Below are positions 58,853 to 64,000 of a stretch of 64,000 bases of DNA, one piece after another. The DNA is from Fistulifera solaris (Eukaryota): positions 1 to 64,000 of the forward strand of contig AP026120.1 in NCBI GenBank assembly GCA_030295235.1. The letters are read 5' to 3'. The stretch's first letter is position 1. Each line of letters starts with the position of its first letter. A program made the position numbers and the translations under genes. The notes below the pieces were generated by a model, which worked only from the letters and a program-made list of their open reading frames with translations, searched no databases and was not told the DNA's origin.

Positions 58853-59683
58853 TTATTTATTACTCCACCAGTATACATTTATAAATAAGAATAACCAAAC
58901 AACATCTACAAAATGCCAATACCAAATGGCAGATTCAAAACCAAAATGGTGTCTATTTGTAAAATGATTTAGTACAATACGAATAAATGAAACTAATAAT
59001 GCAATAGTTCCAACGAAAACGTGAAATCCATGAAATCCAGTTGCCATGTAGAAACAAGAACCATATATACCATCACTAATAGTAAAAGGTGCATTTACAT
59101 ACTCGAAACCCTGTAAACAAGTAAAAATAGTAGCTAAAACTAGAGTGAAAAGTAAAGCTACTAAAGTATGCTTTTTAGCTCTTGATAATAAAGCATGATG
59201 AGCCCAAGTTACGCTAGCACCTGAAGTTAATAAAATAAAAGTATTTGTTAAAGGAACAGTGTAAGTACTAATAGTACTAATAGCTTTTAGTGGCCACACT
59301 CCACCTAAGTTATAGGTTGGAGCGATACTAGAGTGAAAAAATGCCCAAAAGAATGCAAAAAAAAACATAATCTCCGAAACAATAAATAAAATCATTCCTA
59401 ATCGTAGACCTTTTTGAACAGTAACAGTATGTGTATCCTCGAATGTAGCTTCTCGAACAATATCTCGCCACCAGGTATACATTGTGTATAAAACAATCAA
59501 AAATCCTGTAATTAAAAGATTCCACCCTCCTATAAATTTATGCATATATAAAACAACTCCGCTAGTTAACATGAAAGCACCAAAAGACGCAAAAATAGGC
59601 CAAGGGCTAGGATCTACTAGATGATAAGAATGAGTTGTTTTTAAATATTTAAATTGTTCTTTTAGTAATAAAGTATTAGACAC
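58853..59683 (-). CDS. cox3: cytochrome c oxidase subunit 3 (GTG start)
   Basis: Intact, 276 aa. Confidence 0.97.
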   Translation of the reverse strand: MSNTLLLKEQFKYLKTTHSYHLVDPSPWPIFASFGAFMLTSGVVLYMHKFIGGWNLLITGFLIVLYTMYTWWRDIVREATFEDTHTVTVQKGLRLGMILFIVSEIMFFFAFFWAFFHSSIAPTYNLGGVWPLKAISTISTYTVPLTNTFILLTSGASVTWAHHALLSRAKKHTLVALLFTLVLATIFTCLQGFEYVNAPFTISDGIYGSCFYMATGFHGFHVFVGTIALLVSFIRIVLNHFTNRHHFGFESAIWYWHFVDVVWLFLFINVYWWSNK

Positions 59684-59744
59684 TTTACCGCTTTTATTTT
59701 TTTTTACTCGAGTTAATATTTATTAAATTATGTAAGATATTCAT

Positions 59745-59838
59745 TGTAAGAAATAAGATTTGAACTTATAATTAAGGAACTTTTTAACATTCTTATTAGT
59801 TGTCTCATTTGTAACATTTTTGCTACCAACTTTCTTAC
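59745..59838 (-). ncRNA. t-element 2 (second copy)
   Basis: Identical to 16353-16446. Confidence 0.65.
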
Positions 59839-59862
59839 TTTAAAAAAAATAAAATTTTTAAA

Positions 59863-60212
59863 TTATAAAAATCGCTTTTTGGAAGTGTTCGCATTCGTAT
59901 GAGTTCTTTGACCTCGTACGGGTAATCCTGCCGCAATCTTATCCCTCTATAAGATTTTATAGAAAATAAACGATTTTTATCTAAAGATTTTATTTTTTTT
60001 AAATCACCTAAAACCATTATATTAGAAGATTCCAAAGACTGAGCAAGTTTCGAAATCTGCTCTTTAGTTAAATCTTTTATTTTTAAATTTTTTGAGAAAC
60101 CTAATTTTTTACAAATTAGATTCGAATTAGATTGTCCTATACCAAAGACACGTGTCATTGCGAAAGAAACCGACTTATTTTCCGGTAACTCTGATTCAAA
60201 TAAATAAACCAT
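59863..60212 (-). CDS. rps13: ribosomal protein S13 (one frameshift)
   Basis: Copy of 16471-16820. Confidence 0.92.
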
Positions 60213-61678
60213 TTAAAAATAAAGTAATTCTACTAAATAATTTACACTCATATGAATTGAGCTTAAAAATATATTAGGATAAATACCAATAATGAAAGTA
60301 CCTAAAATTAAAGGTAAAAATAATATACTTTCTCTAAAACTTAAATCTAAAAATGTTTGAGTGTACTGAATTTTTAAATTTCCAAAAGCAATTCTGTTAA
60401 ATAGCCATAATGAATAAGCTCCACTAATAATTACTCCAGTTGCTCCTAGGAAAGTAATTGTTGTATTAACTTTAAATGAACCTACTAATATTAAAAATTC
60501 ACCGACAAAACTACTTGTTCCTGGAAAAGCGATATTAGCAATGGTAAAGAACAGAAATACTGCTATATATAAAGGCATAACTGTGGCAAGTCCTCCATAG
60601 TACTGAACAATTCTAGTTCTGTATCGATCATAAACAACTCCAATTACAAGAAATAAAGCACTTGCAACAAAACCATGACTTAAGCTTTGTAAAATAGCTC
60701 CCTCAAGACCTATATTATTGAAACTAAAAATACCAATTATAACTAGATTCATGTGAGCTATGGATGTATAAGCAATAATTCGTTTAAAATCAGTTTGACG
60801 AATAGCAGTAAACGAAGTGTAAATAATTCCAACAGCAGCAATAGTATACACAAGTGGAGTAAAAAAAAACGAAGCTTTAGGAAAAGAGGAAGAGAAAAAC
60901 GAATAAAACCATAGGTCCCTAATTTTAATAACACTCCAGCTAAGATAACCGAACCTGCTGTAGGGGCTTCGACATGTGCTTCAGGTAACCATAAATGAAC
61001 AGGAAGCATAGGAACTTTACTAGCGAATGCTATAAAAAAAGTTAACCACATTATTTTTTGTTCGATATCTGAAAACCCAAATGTTAATAAAGTTTCGTAA
61101 TCAGTAGTTCCAACCTGGCTAAATATATAAAGTATCGATAAAAGCATAACGACTGATCCTAATAAAGTATATAAGAAAAAATAGTAAGATGCTAGTATTT
61201 TTCGTTCTCTAGAACCCCAAATACCAATAATCAAAAACATTGGAATCAGTACACTTTCAAAGAAAATATAAAAAAGTAATAAATCTAATACACAAAAAGT
61301 TCCAATTAAAAAGAAATCTAATACTAAAAAAGCTATTAAAAATTCTTTTACATTTGTACTAACGGAATTCCAGCTAGTTAAAAGACACAAAGGTATTAAT
61401 AAAGTTGTTAAAAGTAAAAAAAATAAAGAAATTCCATCTACACCTAAAATAAAATTTATATTAAAGTTAGGAAACCAAAATAGTTTAACCACAAATTGAA
61501 AAGAACCTACAGAATTTTGAAAAAAACCCCAAACTAGCAAAGAGGTAGTAAAAGATAAAGAAGCTGAAGTTAAGGCTATAAGCTTCATCAATTTCAGTTT
61601 TTTTGCAGGGGTAAATAATAATAAAACAATCCCAAAAATTGGGAATAATAAAGTATATATTAATAAATTTTTTACCAT
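60213..61678 (-). CDS. nad4: NADH dehydrogenase subunit 4 (one frameshift)
   Basis: Copy of 16821-18285. Confidence 0.96.
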
Positions 61679-61691
61679 AATTTTTGTTTAT

Positions 61692-61765
61692 TACACTCTA
61701 TAGGATTTGAACCTATGACCATCAGTTTAGAAAACTGTTGCTCTATCCAACTGAGCTAAGAATGC
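61692..61765 (-). tRNA. trnR: tRNA-Arg(UCU)
   Basis: Copy of 18299-18372. Confidence 0.93.
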
Positions 61766-61789
61766 ATCTATTTTTAAAATATAAATCAT

Positions 61790-61863
61790 TAATGAAAAAG
61801 GGACTCGAACCCCTGACATTTGGATCATGATTCCAACGTTCTAACCAACTGAACTATTCCATC
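61790..61863 (-). tRNA. trnM: tRNA-Met(CAU)
   Basis: Copy of 18397-18470. Confidence 0.88.
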
Positions 61864-61864
61864 T

Positions 61865-63585
61865 TTATTTATTAAAAGGATAATCGATAGGAAGACTTGA
61901 ATAAGTAACAGGATCCACAAATAGAGCCAAAGAAATCTTATAACAAGCTAAATATAATAAAGTTGGGTTACAAAATAAAAAAATTAGCGCAAATATTAAA
62001 ACACTTAAAATAATAGTTTTTTCTGAGTTTATAGGATAATATAATTTTCCTACTAAAATATTTTCGAAGTATAAAACCTTTATTAGTCTAATATAATAAA
62101 AAGTAGAAACCACACTAAATACAATACTAGCTAAAGCTGGTAAATAATAAGAATTAATAATTAAAGGCAAAAATACACCCAATTTAGCTAAAAATCCAAC
62201 AAGAGGTGGAATTCCTGCAATAGAGAACATAGTTAGAGATAATGCTAAAGAAAGAGGTATATTTGATTTTCTTAGTAATGCGAGATCACCTAATTCTTTA
62301 TTGTATTTAGTCGTAATATTTTTTCTTTTTAATCTTAAAAACAATAGAATCGACCACACGCATAAACTAGAAATCATATAAATTATCATATAAACTAATG
62401 CCATTTGAACTCCAGTAAAAGTGTCGGAACCCATTGCAATTAATATGTAACCCATGTGACTAGTAGAACTATACGCTAATAAAGTTTTTAATTTTCGTTG
62501 CTTTAATCCTCCAAACGAACCAACGAAAATACTAAAAACTCCAATAGATAAGAAATAAAAGTCCCACCATTCTTTTATCTCAAAGAAAGCCATGTGACAA
62601 AGTCTGATTAGAACTACCAGTATACTTAATTTAGTAATTACTGCAAAGAATATCGTTGAACTAGTAGGAGATCCTTCATAAACATCTAACGACCATAAAT
62701 GAAACGGAGCTGCTGCTAATTTGATAAATAAACTAAATAAAATTAAAGTTAAACCTATTTCAACAAAATTAAAATAGTCGATGGTATAACCAAACAATAA
62801 ATCGTCAAAAGTCAAATCGTAAACTTCAATAAGTCTAGCGTAACTTGCTCTAAAGCTAAATGAAAAAAGCCACGACTCAAAGAAAAAACTTGGTAAATAG
62901 CCTATTCCAGGAAACCATTGTACCATAACATAATCATAAATAGAAGCATTATACATTCGATAAAAATCAAAAAAATTTATAGATCCAGTAAAGCCGTAAA
63001 TAAATGAACTTCCTAATAAAAAAAAAGGCAGACGAAACGGCACCAGTAATAAAATATTTTATACCACTTTCAACCGAATAACTTGATGTTTTTTTTGAAA
63101 GAAGCTAAAACATATAAAGCAAGACTAGATAATTCGATTGCTAAATAAGTAAGCAATAAATCATTACTACTACACATGATCAGTAAACCTAAAACAGAAA
63201 ATAAAATAATAATTAAATATTCAAATGATGTTAACTTTTGCTCTTTTAAAGAATCGGCAACAAATAGAAAATAAAGCCCTGAAAAAAAGCATAACCAAAA
63301 GCGTGTAAAAGATGCAAGAGAGTCATAGATTACAGCGTTACTAAATGACAAAATATCCATGAAATACGATGCTGAAGTAAGATCATCGTTTAGAATTAAA
63401 TAGCATGCCATAAAAAGTGTTAAAGCCATACACTCACTAACCGCCTTTTGTAACATTAGCCCATTTGAATTATAAGTGATCAAAGTAATCACTATTAATA
63501 TATAAATAATACTAAGAGTAATAAAATACTCAGGAAATACAGTAAAAGACTGTAAAGAAACTACATTATATAAATTATTTACCAT
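61865..63585 (-). CDS. nad2: NADH dehydrogenase subunit 2 (frameshifted)
   Basis: Copy of 18472-20191. Confidence 0.95.
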
Positions 63586-64000
63586 CAAATTTGTCAAAGA
63601 AGAAACTCGAATTTCGAGATAATTGTTTAGAAATAGACTGTTCTAATATTTGGCTTTTATTAAAATTATTTGTTAAATAAACAACTCCAATTAAAACAAG
63701 TAATAATGTAAAACCAGCAATTAAAAAATGTAAAACAAAGTAAGAATATAAAACGTGACCATAAACTTCGACGTCGGATACAGAATCAACCATGTCATAC
63801 CAGTTTTGATATTTATTAAAGTAAAAAGAATTTGCTAAAAAATTAGTATTAAAATGATCAGAAACTAAATTTAACAAAGGAATAAGGAAGAAAATGAAAA
63901 AACAAAACCAATAGGAATATATTTTAAAGCATTCTTTGATAAATTGATTGATTTTGTATCTAACATCATAATAGCAAATAAAAATAAAACAGCTATTGCA
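63575..64000 (-). CDS. nad6: NADH dehydrogenase subunit 6, 3' part
   Basis: Truncated by window edge. Confidence 0.9.
   Translation of the reverse strand, partial: CNSCFIFICYYDVRYKINQFIKECFKIYSYWFCFFIFFLIPLLNLVSDHFNTNFLANSFYFNKYQNWYDMVDSVSDVEVYGHVLYSYFVLHFLIAGFTLLLVLIGVVYLTNNFNKSQILEQSISKQLSRNSSFFFDKFDGK

Larger units (their letters stand above)
43319..64000 (+). repeat. second copy of 1-20607 (genome wrap-around)
   Basis: Colinear and near-identical except homopolymer lengths. Confidence 0.97.

Overview
This is an AT-rich diatom mitochondrial genome, most likely from a raphid pennate species. It uses the standard genetic code, has a split nad11 and tatA/tatC, and shows no introns. One unit is about 43.3 kb. 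The window wraps around, so 43319-64000 repeats 1-20607, probably through over-circularised long-read assembly, and homopolymer indels break many ORFs. One unit carries the usual respiratory and ribosomal-protein genes (including overlooked rpl10, rpl31, atp8 and tatA), rnl, rns, a divergent 5S rRNA and 24 tRNAs. It also has a ~6 kb palindromic tandem-repeat region and two or three orphan ORFs. The most interesting signal is three tRNA-mimic elements with a perfect acceptor stem and T-arm but no canonical D or anticodon arm. They sit at gene junctions that lack a real tRNA (rps14|atp6, rps13|cox3, rns|rrn5), which suggests an RNase P/RNase Z 'punctuation' system. Also notable are a possibly circularly permuted 5S rRNA, a nad11b frame that appears to start at TTA, and several gene pairs one base or one stop codon from fusion.
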